From Myxococcales bacterium (GTDB lineage Bacteria > Myxococcota_A > Polyangia > Polyangiales > Polyangiaceae), in contig JAYTOU010000038.1 in assembly GCA_043747615.1 (NCBI GenBank), positions 61,992 to 125,991 on the forward strand: DNA of 64,000 nucleotides, read 5' to 3'. The notes beneath the pieces were generated by a model. It made no database searches. It was given only the letters and a program-made list of their open reading frames with translations, and had not been told where the DNA came from. The position numbers and the translations under genes are program-made. Shown piece by piece: positions 50,462 through 58,932 of this stretch; the first letter of the stretch is position 1; each line of letters begins with the position of its first letter.

Positions 50462-51517
50462 ATGGCGAGCGGGGTAGTGCCCTCACCGACGTCGAAGCTG
50501 CGCACGCGCTGGGCTCGTTTTCGGGGTTTTTTCCGCTCGCCGCGACGGCTCAAGTTTACCCGGGAGGGGAAGTTCTTCGTCGGGATCACGCTCGGCGTCG
50601 GGTTCGCGGCGATCAACACCGCCAACAATCTCCTGTACCTCCTTCTCGGGATGCTCCTCGCGCTCATCGTCGTCAGCGGCGTGATGAGCGAGGTCTCTCT
50701 GCGAGACCTCACCGTCGTTCGCCGCCTGCCACTCCGCGCTCAAGTGGGCCGTGCTCATCTGGTAGAGATCGAGGTCTTCAATCATAAAACCCGCGTCCCT
50801 TCATACGCAATTGAAGTCGAAGATCTACGCTCCGGTCAGCCGGCCGACAAACGCTGCTTCTTTCTGAAGATCAGCCCGAAGTCTGCCCAGGTCGCTGCCT
50901 ACCGCCGGACGCCACCGTCGCGGGGAAGAGATCTGCACGTTGGATTTCGCATTGCCACGCGCTTTCCATTCGGGCTCTTCGAAAAGTCGCGCGAGATCTC
51001 GGCAGAGGGGGAGCTCATCATCTATCCCGCCGTGGACCCGATTGCGCTCCCAACCTCTAATCCAGGCAAAATTCCAGGAGGTGATGGCTCCGTAGGGCGC
51101 GGATACGGGGACGACTTCCTCGGTCTGAAGATCATGCGCGTCGGCGAGGACCCGCGAGACATCCACTGGCGAAAGAGCGCCGCTGCGGGGCAACTCGTGG
51201 CCCGTGAGCGAGCACGCGAAGCCCGCCCCGACATTTCGCTTCCGCTCGATGTGGTCCGTCCGGACGCCGCGGGGGACGACTGGGATGTTAGCTTCGAGCG
51301 CCGAATTCGGGACGTTGCTTCTCGCGCTGTTGCCCATTTGAAACGCGGCGATTCCGTGTCTATCCGGACCAACATGGGTGGAAACGCACGCTCCGATCGC
51401 ACCGCCGGCGCCGATCCCGTCCTGCGTTACCTCGCGCTGCTCCAGCCCGTGCTCCAGTCGATCCGCCGCTCTCTCCCGCCGGCGCGGAGCAGCATCGCAC
51501 CAAAAGCGGAGGTGTGA
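50462..51517 (+). CDS. DUF58 domain protein
   Basis: N-terminal TM (AAINTANNLLYL), TRFPFGLF, GEDPRDIHWRKSA. Confidence 0.9.
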   Translation: MASGVVPSPTSKLRTRWARFRGFFRSPRRLKFTREGKFFVGITLGVGFAAINTANNLLYLLLGMLLALIVVSGVMSEVSLRDLTVVRRLPLRAQVGRAHLVEIEVFNHKTRVPSYAIEVEDLRSGQPADKRCFFLKISPKSAQVAAYRRTPPSRGRDLHVGFRIATRFPFGLFEKSREISAEGELIIYPAVDPIALPTSNPGKIPGGDGSVGRGYGDDFLGLKIMRVGEDPRDIHWRKSAAAGQLVARERAREARPDISLPLDVVRPDAAGDDWDVSFERRIRDVASRAVAHLKRGDSVSIRTNMGGNARSDRTAGADPVLRYLALLQPVLQSIRRSLPPARSSIAPKAEV

Positions 51518-51520
51518 ACG

Positions 51521-53713
51521 ATGCGCTTCGGGCTCGTCCACCGAGTAATGACCGATGCCCTCGCCGCTCTCGGCGTTTTGGCCGTGGTGAGCACGGCGTC
51601 CATGAGCGTGGGGACGAACCTCGTTCTCTTGGTGGGGCTCGCCATCGCTATCGCGATCCCCGAACGGTGGCAGAGTAAGGCTGCGCTTCGGCAGTTCGCC
51701 GCCATCGCTCCCCTCGCACTCTTCGTCCTTCAAGGAGCTCGCCTCGTCGCCGGCCGCTCGGCGCTCGACGTGGCCGTGGAGTTCGCGGCGCTCCTGCAGA
51801 TCATTCGCCTCGCGACGCGACGGGGGGCAGCTCACGACCAGCAAATCATCGTCCTGTCTCTCCTTCATTTCGTCGCGGGGACTGTGCTCGGGGGCGGGCT
51901 CACCTACGGCCTCTGCTTTCTCGGATTTTTGGTGGTGGCGCCGGGCGCGCTCGTGCTCAGCCACCTCCGACGCGAGGTCGAAGGTAATTACCGACAGGGA
52001 GCTCGGGATCGCACCGGTCTCCCGGTCGACGTCCCGCGCATCCTTCGCAGCCGCCGCGTCGTCGGCCGGGGCTTTCTCGGCGCGACGTGCCTGATGTCCG
52101 TCCCCATCTTCCTCTTCACCGCGACGCTCTTCGTGCTTTTCCCACGCGTCGGACTGTCGCTTCTTCTGCTGAATCACAGCGCGCGCGGCCGCATGGTCGG
52201 GTTCTCCGATCACGTGGACCTCGGTGAAGTCGGTGCGCTGCGGAGCAATCCGTCGATGGCCCTTCGCTTCGAGGTCGACAACCTTCCGAACCCACCGCCC
52301 ATGCGTTTGACCCTGCGCCTCCGGGGCACGGCGTTCGACGCCTACGATGGGCGCGCGTGGGCCCGCACCGTGACCAGACGCGATCAAGCGGAACGGTCGA
52401 TCTTCGGCGCGGACGTTTATCCGCTGACCCGAACGCCGGACGTCAAGAACGACAAAAAAATCACCTTCGATCTCGAGCCCATCGATCCGCCCGTGGTTTT
52501 TCTCCCCCCGCATGCGGTGGCGATCCAGCTCAAGGTTCAGAACCAGGCGCTGCTCAGCGAGCCGTTGTCCGTCATTCGCGGACCGGAGTCCGAAGTTCGT
52601 TACGGGGGAAGCGACACCCGCGGCCTTCGCTACGACGTGTTCCTCGCGCGCGAAAAAGAGTTCTTCTCCGAGCCTCTTCCGGAGGCCGATCGGCCCCGCT
52701 ACCTGACGATCCCCACCGGTCTCCCGGCCCGCGTCGGAGGGCTCGCGCATGCGTGGGCCGACGCGCAGCCGACGGCGACGTTGAAGGCGCGGTCGATCGA
52801 AGAGCACCTTCGCACGGGCTTCAAATACGACGTCAATTCGCCCTCGGGAGGTACCAAGCAACCGCTCGATCACTTCCTCTTCGACTCGAAGCGTGGCCAC
52901 TGCGAGTTCTTTTCTTCGGCGATGGCGATCATGCTTCGCGAGCTCCAGATCCCTTCGCGCAACGTCACCGGTTTCGTCGGCGGCACCTACAATCGCTTCG
53001 GCCATTACTACGCCGTCCGCGAAGGCGATGCGCACTCCTGGGTCGAGGCTTACATCGAAGATCCGGCGAGGCCCGGCGCCGGAAGCTGGGTCACCTTTGA
53101 TCCCACGCCCGCCGCGGGCGCGCAGCCGCTCGAAGAGACGACCGGCACGTTCGTGTATCTGCGCGATCTGATGGAAGCGCTCTCCCAACGCTGGAATCGC
53201 TACGTCGTCGGCTACGACCTTCGCACCCAGGTTCGCCTCTTCGAGGACATGACCCGGCGCTACGAGCAAGTGCGCGCGGCAGCTGGCCTCAACAAAGGCC
53301 CGCTCGACAAGCTCACGCGGCCACCGGTCATCGCTGGCGGAATCCTCGTCATCCTCGCCGGCTCGTACATGGTGTGGAAGCGCTGGCGGCACAAGCCGAA
53401 GAAGACGGACGCGGAAGGCGACCGCACGATTCTCGACAAGAAGCTCGAGAGCGCTGCGGCCCTCTATCGCTCGCTCGAGATCGCCCTGACGGCGCAGGGG
53501 ATTTCGCGTCCTACGTCTCTGCCGCCGCTCCGTCACGCCGAGCAGCTCTCGTCACGCAAGCACCCGCTCGCGGCAGAAGTTCTCGCGCTCACCGAGGTGT
53601 ACATCGCGACCCGCTTCGGCGGCACGGACCTCACCGACACGATGACGGTGGACTTCGAGCGGCGGGTTCGCGAAGTGCGCTCGCATCGCGAGGCATCCGC
53701 GCCTCGACCGTGA
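51521..53713 (+). CDS. DUF3488 plus transglutaminase-like membrane protein (TgpA-like)
   Basis: Multi-TM N-terminus; GHCEFF, AHSWVEAY and FDPTP give a Cys-His-Asp triad; C-terminal DUF4129-like region. Confidence 0.9.
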   Translation: MRFGLVHRVMTDALAALGVLAVVSTASMSVGTNLVLLVGLAIAIAIPERWQSKAALRQFAAIAPLALFVLQGARLVAGRSALDVAVEFAALLQIIRLATRRGAAHDQQIIVLSLLHFVAGTVLGGGLTYGLCFLGFLVVAPGALVLSHLRREVEGNYRQGARDRTGLPVDVPRILRSRRVVGRGFLGATCLMSVPIFLFTATLFVLFPRVGLSLLLLNHSARGRMVGFSDHVDLGEVGALRSNPSMALRFEVDNLPNPPPMRLTLRLRGTAFDAYDGRAWARTVTRRDQAERSIFGADVYPLTRTPDVKNDKKITFDLEPIDPPVVFLPPHAVAIQLKVQNQALLSEPLSVIRGPESEVRYGGSDTRGLRYDVFLAREKEFFSEPLPEADRPRYLTIPTGLPARVGGLAHAWADAQPTATLKARSIEEHLRTGFKYDVNSPSGGTKQPLDHFLFDSKRGHCEFFSSAMAIMLRELQIPSRNVTGFVGGTYNRFGHYYAVREGDAHSWVEAYIEDPARPGAGSWVTFDPTPAAGAQPLEETTGTFVYLRDLMEALSQRWNRYVVGYDLRTQVRLFEDMTRRYEQVRAAAGLNKGPLDKLTRPPVIAGGILVILAGSYMVWKRWRHKPKKTDAEGDRTILDKKLESAAALYRSLEIALTAQGISRPTSLPPLRHAEQLSSRKHPLAAEVLALTEVYIATRFGGTDLTDTMTVDFERRVREVRSHREASAPRP

Positions 53714-53720
53714 GAGGCTG

Positions 53721-54353
53721 TTATTTCTTGGGTGCGGCGGCAGGCGTCGGCGCAGCCTGCCCAGCGGCTTTGGGAGGCCCGGCCTTCTCGGCCTTCTCCG
53801 CGGCGATGCGTTCCCGCACGACGTCGTAGGCTTTGTCCTGCTTGGTCATGTCGTCGATCGCGAGCCCACGCGCTGCAGCCGTCGGCCCAAAGCCAGCATC
53901 GGGGTGCTTCGCTACGTACTCGCCGTACCGCTGCCACGCCGCCTTCGCGTCGTCCCATTTCTTCATCCGCTCACGCAAATCGGCGAGCGCGAAGAGCACC
54001 TTCACCTTGATCTGGGGAACCGGATCCGCCACCGAATCTGCTTGATTCCAAGCCGTTTCAGCCTCTGCGAGGTTGCCCGCCTGAAGGTGCAATGCACCCA
54101 TACGGAGATGCCCGAGAGGGTTCTTCGGCTGGATCTTCACGGCCTTCTTGTAGGACTCCATCGCCCCGGCGAAATCCTTGGCGACGTACTTCACGTCTCC
54201 GTCGACGACCGCCTCCATCGCCTCGCTGATTCCGATGACGTTGTTCGGATCGTGCCCGGGAGCCGAGGCGGCGGGTGCTGCGGGCGGCGGGGCCGCGAAC
54301 GCAACGGCGGGGATGAGCAAGGACGCAAGGACCACGAGGGCATGTGCGCGCAT
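53721..54353 (-). CDS. Exported TPR protein
   Basis: Signal peptide; AMESYKKAVKIQPKNPLGHLRMG. Confidence 0.8.
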   Translation of the reverse strand: MRAHALVVLASLLIPAVAFAAPPPAAPAASAPGHDPNNVIGISEAMEAVVDGDVKYVAKDFAGAMESYKKAVKIQPKNPLGHLRMGALHLQAGNLAEAETAWNQADSVADPVPQIKVKVLFALADLRERMKKWDDAKAAWQRYGEYVAKHPDAGFGPTAAARGLAIDDMTKQDKAYDVVRERIAAEKAEKAGPPKAAGQAAPTPAAAPKK

Positions 54354-54413
54354 GGGAAGATCTTACCAGTGTACGTTCCCTCGCACCGAAAAACGCTCTA
54401 AGTCTTTCCGCAG

Positions 54414-55106
54414 ATGATCCCCCGCACGCTCGAGACGGAAGCCATGGATACGGAAGAGGAGGCCCGCGACTACGACGCGATGGACTTCGCGGACGTGAAC
54501 GCACTCTTCTGTGACGACTTTCTCGCCTTCGTCGGCTCGCTCAAAGGGGCGAGGGTCCTCGACGTCGGAACAGGCACGGCGCGCATTCCGATCGTGCTTG
54601 CCCAGAGATCCCCGGTCGCAAAGGTCACCGCCATCGACCTCGCCGCGCACATGCTCGCAGTCGGCCGAGAGAACGTTCTTGCGGCGGGGCTCGATGCGCG
54701 CATCTCGCTCGAGCTCAAGGACGCCAAGCACGCCGGCTGGACCGACGGCTCGTTCGACGCGGTCATGTCGAACAGTATCGTGCATCACATTCCCGAGCCC
54801 CAAGAGGCGCTCAGCGAGATGGCCCGCCTCACGAAGACCGGAGGCTTTCTCTTCGTCCGTGATCTATGCCGACCAAAAAGCGAGGACGCGATCTCGAGTC
54901 TCATCGCCTCCTATGCCGGAGACCCGACGAAGCTCGATGACGAAGGGAAAAAGCGCTACCCGCGGCAGCGCGATCTCTTCATCGCCTCCCTCCGCGCGGC
55001 GCTCACCATCGAGGAGATCCAGACACTGGCGCATTCGCTCGGAATCCCTCCCGCGCGCGTCTCGATGTCGAGCGATCGCCATTGGACGCTCGCGTGGCGG
55101 AAGTAA
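54414..55106 (+). CDS. Class I SAM-dependent methyltransferase
   Basis: VLDVGTGTA, AIDLA, FDAVMSNSIVHH. Confidence 0.9.
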   Translation: MIPRTLETEAMDTEEEARDYDAMDFADVNALFCDDFLAFVGSLKGARVLDVGTGTARIPIVLAQRSPVAKVTAIDLAAHMLAVGRENVLAAGLDARISLELKDAKHAGWTDGSFDAVMSNSIVHHIPEPQEALSEMARLTKTGGFLFVRDLCRPKSEDAISSLIASYAGDPTKLDDEGKKRYPRQRDLFIASLRAALTIEEIQTLAHSLGIPPARVSMSSDRHWTLAWRK

Positions 55107-56221
55107 CCGCACACATCGGCGCGTTTCCGTGGGACTCGCTCGAGCGTGTTGCTTCGGAGGATGTGAAGGCCCTCAGCGCGCTTCGCAGGACGCTGTCCCG
55201 TTACATCGATGACGAGGCTCTCGCTCTGTCGCTCGGTGGGCTGGTGGGCGCGCCGATCGGTGTGCATCTGAGACGCGTGCACACTACACCTTTTGCCAGC
55301 GATCCGAAGTCGCCGGAAAGCGTGGCTGTTCTTTTGGGGGACGCCGACGGAGCGGAGCCTCGTTTTCTCGTCGAGACAGAGACCGCGCTCGCCCTCGCCC
55401 TCGTTGGTGGGGCGCTCAAGCAAAGCCGCGTACCACGGGTGGTCGACGCCGCGCGGCCTGCGTCTCCGAAGCTCGCCGGGGCGCTCGCCGCAGTCTTGCT
55501 CTCGGCGCTTCGGCGCGCGCAGGGTGACCATCCCGTCCGCGTCCTTCAGGCTGGCCCCGCGTCGAGCCTTGCACGCGCGCTTGCAGCGAACGAGCCTCTT
55601 CACGTCGCGTCGCTCTCCGTGCTCGTTGGTGACGACGCGTTCCTCGCGAAAATAGCTGTGTCTGCAAGCACCGCGGTCGGGCTTGCTCCTCAGCGGTGGG
55701 AAGGAAGCGACCTCGCGAAGCTCGGCGATGCACCCCTCGAGATCCCCATCGTGGCTTGTGCGAGCGTCGCCTCGCGCGAGAGCGTCACCCTCCTCTCGCC
55801 GGGCGACGCGTGGATGCCTGGTAATTGGCCACTCGAGCGAGCGGCGAACGGCGCGCTTCATGGCCTCGTTACCCTCGCAGCCTCGACGAGCGACCGCGGC
55901 GTCAGGGCAGCCCTCGGCATCGATGGTCGCCTCGTGCTACGTGGCGAAGGAGAGGAGCTTGGGATGGCGGACGAAAATGCGACGCTCGTTGAAAATCTCG
56001 GAGAGGTTCCGGTCGTCGTGCGCGTCGAGATCGGAAGCGCCCAGATGCGCGCCCGCGAATGGGCCGAGCTACGCGCAGGGGACGTGTTCGCGCTCGGTCG
56101 CCGGATCGCAGAGCCGGTCACGTTGCGGATAGGCGGCGTGGAGGTGGCGCGCGGTGAGCTCATCGAGATCGACGGCGAGGTCGGCGTGCGAATCGTCTCT
56201 CGCAGCGTCGCCGGCCCATGA
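55094..56221 (+). CDS. SpoA-domain protein (FliM/FliN or T3SS SctQ-like)
   Basis: C-terminal VPVVVRVEIG...LRAGDVF...VARGELIEIDGEVGVRI, with an upstream degenerate SpoA repeat (LSPGDAW); start codon uncertain. Confidence 0.8.
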   Translation: MAEVTAHIGAFPWDSLERVASEDVKALSALRRTLSRYIDDEALALSLGGLVGAPIGVHLRRVHTTPFASDPKSPESVAVLLGDADGAEPRFLVETETALALALVGGALKQSRVPRVVDAARPASPKLAGALAAVLLSALRRAQGDHPVRVLQAGPASSLARALAANEPLHVASLSVLVGDDAFLAKIAVSASTAVGLAPQRWEGSDLAKLGDAPLEIPIVACASVASRESVTLLSPGDAWMPGNWPLERAANGALHGLVTLAASTSDRGVRAALGIDGRLVLRGEGEELGMADENATLVENLGEVPVVVRVEIGSAQMRAREWAELRAGDVFALGRRIAEPVTLRIGGVEVARGELIEIDGEVGVRIVSRSVAGP

Positions 56222-56739
56222 AGAACGGCGTGCTGCGACCGTTTGCGCTTTCCCTCCTGGTGCTCGCTGCGTGCTCGAAAACAGATCCGGCGCCCACTGC
56301 GAGCACGTCACCGAGCACTCTCCCCACGGTGGCCGACGCCGCGCCGCCGGTCGCCACCGAGATCACCTGGTCGGGTCCGTACAAGAGCACCGCGGGAACG
56401 ATCTACGTTCCCGACGGCGGCGAGTGGTCTGGAACGAAATGGCGCGGAGACCTATCGTCCGACGGCCTCGGCGACGGCGCCCTGACGCTCTCGGTCGATC
56501 CCAAGAACGGCAAGGTCACGGGCACGCTCGACGGTCCGATCGGCCCCGGCATCGTCTATGGCTCCTTCGCCCTAGGTCAGCTCGCGGCAACCATCACACC
56601 CAAGAGCGCCGCCAGCGCCTTCAGCGGCACGCTCATCGGAACTGTCGCCGGCAATAAGCTCGACGGCGCCATGCGCGTGTCCTCCTCGTTCGACGCGCAC
56701 GTCATTCGCTCGCTCACCTTCTCCTTGGCTAAAAAATAG
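56218..56739 (+). CDS. Hypothetical lipoprotein
   Basis: Lipobox VLAAC; ATGA coupling to the upstream gene. Confidence 0.75.
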   Translation: MKNGVLRPFALSLLVLAACSKTDPAPTASTSPSTLPTVADAAPPVATEITWSGPYKSTAGTIYVPDGGEWSGTKWRGDLSSDGLGDGALTLSVDPKNGKVTGTLDGPIGPGIVYGSFALGQLAATITPKSAASAFSGTLIGTVAGNKLDGAMRVSSSFDAHVIRSLTFSLAKK

Positions 56740-56746
56740 AGTCGCC

Positions 56747-57817
56747 GTGTTTCCGCCCGCTCGCTACTTGCCGTGGGCGATCCGTTTTCAGGGGACCGTC
56801 CCCTTCGATCTGGCGGTGAGCGGCACGGCACGCTTCGACACGTCGGAGTTGGCACGGGGGGCGACAAGCGAGCCCGCGAGTGTGGGACGGCTACGCGCAG
56901 CCATCGCCCGTTACAACGACGTGCCGGAGCTCGAAGCGATCAGCGCTCTCGGAACGAGCCACGCGATCTGGCTCGCCTACGCCACGCTCCTCTCGCCAGG
57001 CGACGAGGTGCTCATCGAGTCTCCCGCGTACGAGCCGCTGCTGAGCACGGCCCTCGGCATCGGTGCCGTCGTGACCCGCTTCGAGCGCGCTGCGTCGGAG
57101 AAGTTCGCGCTCGATCCCGCGCGGATTGCAGCGGCGATGACCGCCCGCACCCGATTGGTGGTCGTCACCAACCTGCACAATCCCAGCGGGGCGCGCACGC
57201 ACGACGACCTCTTGCGAGAGCTTGCCAAGATCTGCGAGGCCCGTGGCGCGCATCTTCTCGTCGATGAAGTTTACGCGCCGTTCGACGCCTTTACGGACGC
57301 GGACGGCGTGTGGAGGGGGAGCGCGCGCAAGCTCGCCAAGAACGTGATCGCGATCGCCAGCCTCACCAAGTGCTACGGCCTCGGCATGGATCGCATCGGG
57401 TGGATGCTCGGCCCGGAAGACGTGATTGCCCGCGCGGCGAACACCACTCTCATGAGCTGCGGCGCTCTTCCTCTCGCGCACGCGCAGCTCGGGCTCATCG
57501 CTTTTGGAAGCATCGACAACCTAGCCCGCCGATCAAGAGATCTCCTTGCCGGCCAGCGCGAACGCGTTGAACGCTGGTTCGCGACGCGCACCGATGTGAT
57601 CTGGAGCGCGCCAACGTCGGGCCTCTTCGGACTGGCGATCTCCACCCGCTTCGACGACCTGCTTCCACGCGTCGAGCGCGCCGCCACACGCGAGGGGGTC
57701 CTCGTCGTCCCCGGCGTCTTTTTCGAGATGCCCAACGCGTTTCGCCTGGCATGGTCGATCGATCGCACGCGCCTCGACGAAGCCCTAGCGCGTCTCGCCC
57801 GCGCCCTCGACGACTGA
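56747..57817 (+). CDS. PLP-dependent aminotransferase class I/II
   Basis: TNLHNPSG, VDEVY, SLTKCYGLGMDRIGW. Confidence 0.9.
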   Translation: MFPPARYLPWAIRFQGTVPFDLAVSGTARFDTSELARGATSEPASVGRLRAAIARYNDVPELEAISALGTSHAIWLAYATLLSPGDEVLIESPAYEPLLSTALGIGAVVTRFERAASEKFALDPARIAAAMTARTRLVVVTNLHNPSGARTHDDLLRELAKICEARGAHLLVDEVYAPFDAFTDADGVWRGSARKLAKNVIAIASLTKCYGLGMDRIGWMLGPEDVIARAANTTLMSCGALPLAHAQLGLIAFGSIDNLARRSRDLLAGQRERVERWFATRTDVIWSAPTSGLFGLAISTRFDDLLPRVERAATREGVLVVPGVFFEMPNAFRLAWSIDRTRLDEALARLARALDD

Positions 57818-58789
57818 CCTGACGCGCGCCGCCGGCGGTCTGCGCGTGGCCACAATGGTGACTCCGGCAAGAATGAGCACGGCGGCGGTGAAGATCCGTG
57901 CGCTCGGCGACTGACCGAGCTGCACCCATGCGAGGAGCCCCGCGAGAATGGGCTGAAGGTAGATGTAGATCGTGACCAAGCTTGCCGTCGAACGACCGAG
58001 GGCCCACGCGTTCGCGAGGTACGCAACGATGGTGGGCATCACGAGGATATAGGCGATGAACGCCGCGCCGCGTGGCGTGAGGTGAGGAACGGTCTGCGCC
58101 AACGCAACGACACCGAGCGGGGCGAAAAGCACGGCGCCCCACGTGAAAATCCAGGTGATCACCGTGAGCGCGCCGAGGCGCTGCACGACCGTCCGCGAAA
58201 AGACGAGGTAGACCGAATAGGAGAGCGAGTTGACGGTCACGATGATCGCTCCCCGATCGAGGTCACGAATCCCGGTCAGCCAGACCACGCCCGACAGCGC
58301 GAGCGCGAGGCCAAAAAATAGCCTCCACGTCGGACGTTCGTAGCGGAAGGCGACGGCGATGAACGCCGTGAAGACCGGAATGGTCACGCTCAGCAGCGCC
58401 GCCGAGACGGGTGTCGTCAGCCGTAAGCCCATGAGAAAGAGCGTCTGGTTGAGCGAGATCCCCACGATCGAAAGAAGCGCGAGCTCGACCTGGTCGCGCC
58501 GCGTGGTCGGCTTGAGCGTCCTCGCGATTCGCGTGAATGCCTGGAAAAACAGGGCTGCCCCGAGCATCCGGGCCATCGCCAGCGCGGACGGCGGGATCGC
58601 TTCGCCCCCTTGCCCGCGCGGCAGCATAGCGACTTTCCCCTCCACCGCCTGGGAAGCGAACGCCACCTGAACGACGAGCAGCGCGGCATGGGTCCACACT
58701 GGCTTCGCGGGAGGAATAATCGGGCTCTGCCGCGACTCCAGCAGAGTCGGCCCTACGCTCGAGGATGTCTCCGACACTTTCCTCCCCAC
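57785..58789 (-). CDS. DMT/EamA family transporter
   Basis: About 10 TM helices; GLRLTTPVSAALL, IYIYLQPILA. Confidence 0.88.
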   Translation of the reverse strand: MGRKVSETSSSVGPTLLESRQSPIIPPAKPVWTHAALLVVQVAFASQAVEGKVAMLPRGQGGEAIPPSALAMARMLGAALFFQAFTRIARTLKPTTRRDQVELALLSIVGISLNQTLFLMGLRLTTPVSAALLSVTIPVFTAFIAVAFRYERPTWRLFFGLALALSGVVWLTGIRDLDRGAIIVTVNSLSYSVYLVFSRTVVQRLGALTVITWIFTWGAVLFAPLGVVALAQTVPHLTPRGAAFIAYILVMPTIVAYLANAWALGRSTASLVTIYIYLQPILAGLLAWVQLGQSPSARIFTAAVLILAGVTIVATRRPPAARVRSVVEGAGETR

Positions 58790-58916
58790 ATAGCGCGATC
58801 TACTTAGTTCCGTCGATGCTCACCATCGCTGGTTAGCCGCGTCATGTGTATCGGCGACACAGTCTCTCGAAGGTCGACTAGACTGCCTGCCAGCGCCCTT
58901 CCCAGGGCTTTTGAGG

Positions 58917-58932
58917 TATTTCATGTGGAACA
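58917..58932. promoter_or_regulatory. Degenerate parS-like site overlapping the ccmF start codon
   Basis: TATTTCATGTGGAACA matches TGTTTCACGTGGAACA at 14 of 16 positions. Confidence 0.35.

Noticed and set aside
50825..53536. 903-aa antisense ORF and many similar long ORFs (13161-14765, 26019-27515, 45172-46743)
   Set aside because: Shadow frames of well-supported genes in high-GC DNA, with no recognisable motifs.
49494..53713. MoxR-DUF58-transglutaminase operon as a new system
   Set aside because: This is a widespread, already described gene triad.
58135..58150. Other CACGTG cores as additional parS sites
   Set aside because: Only half-site matches with several mismatches.
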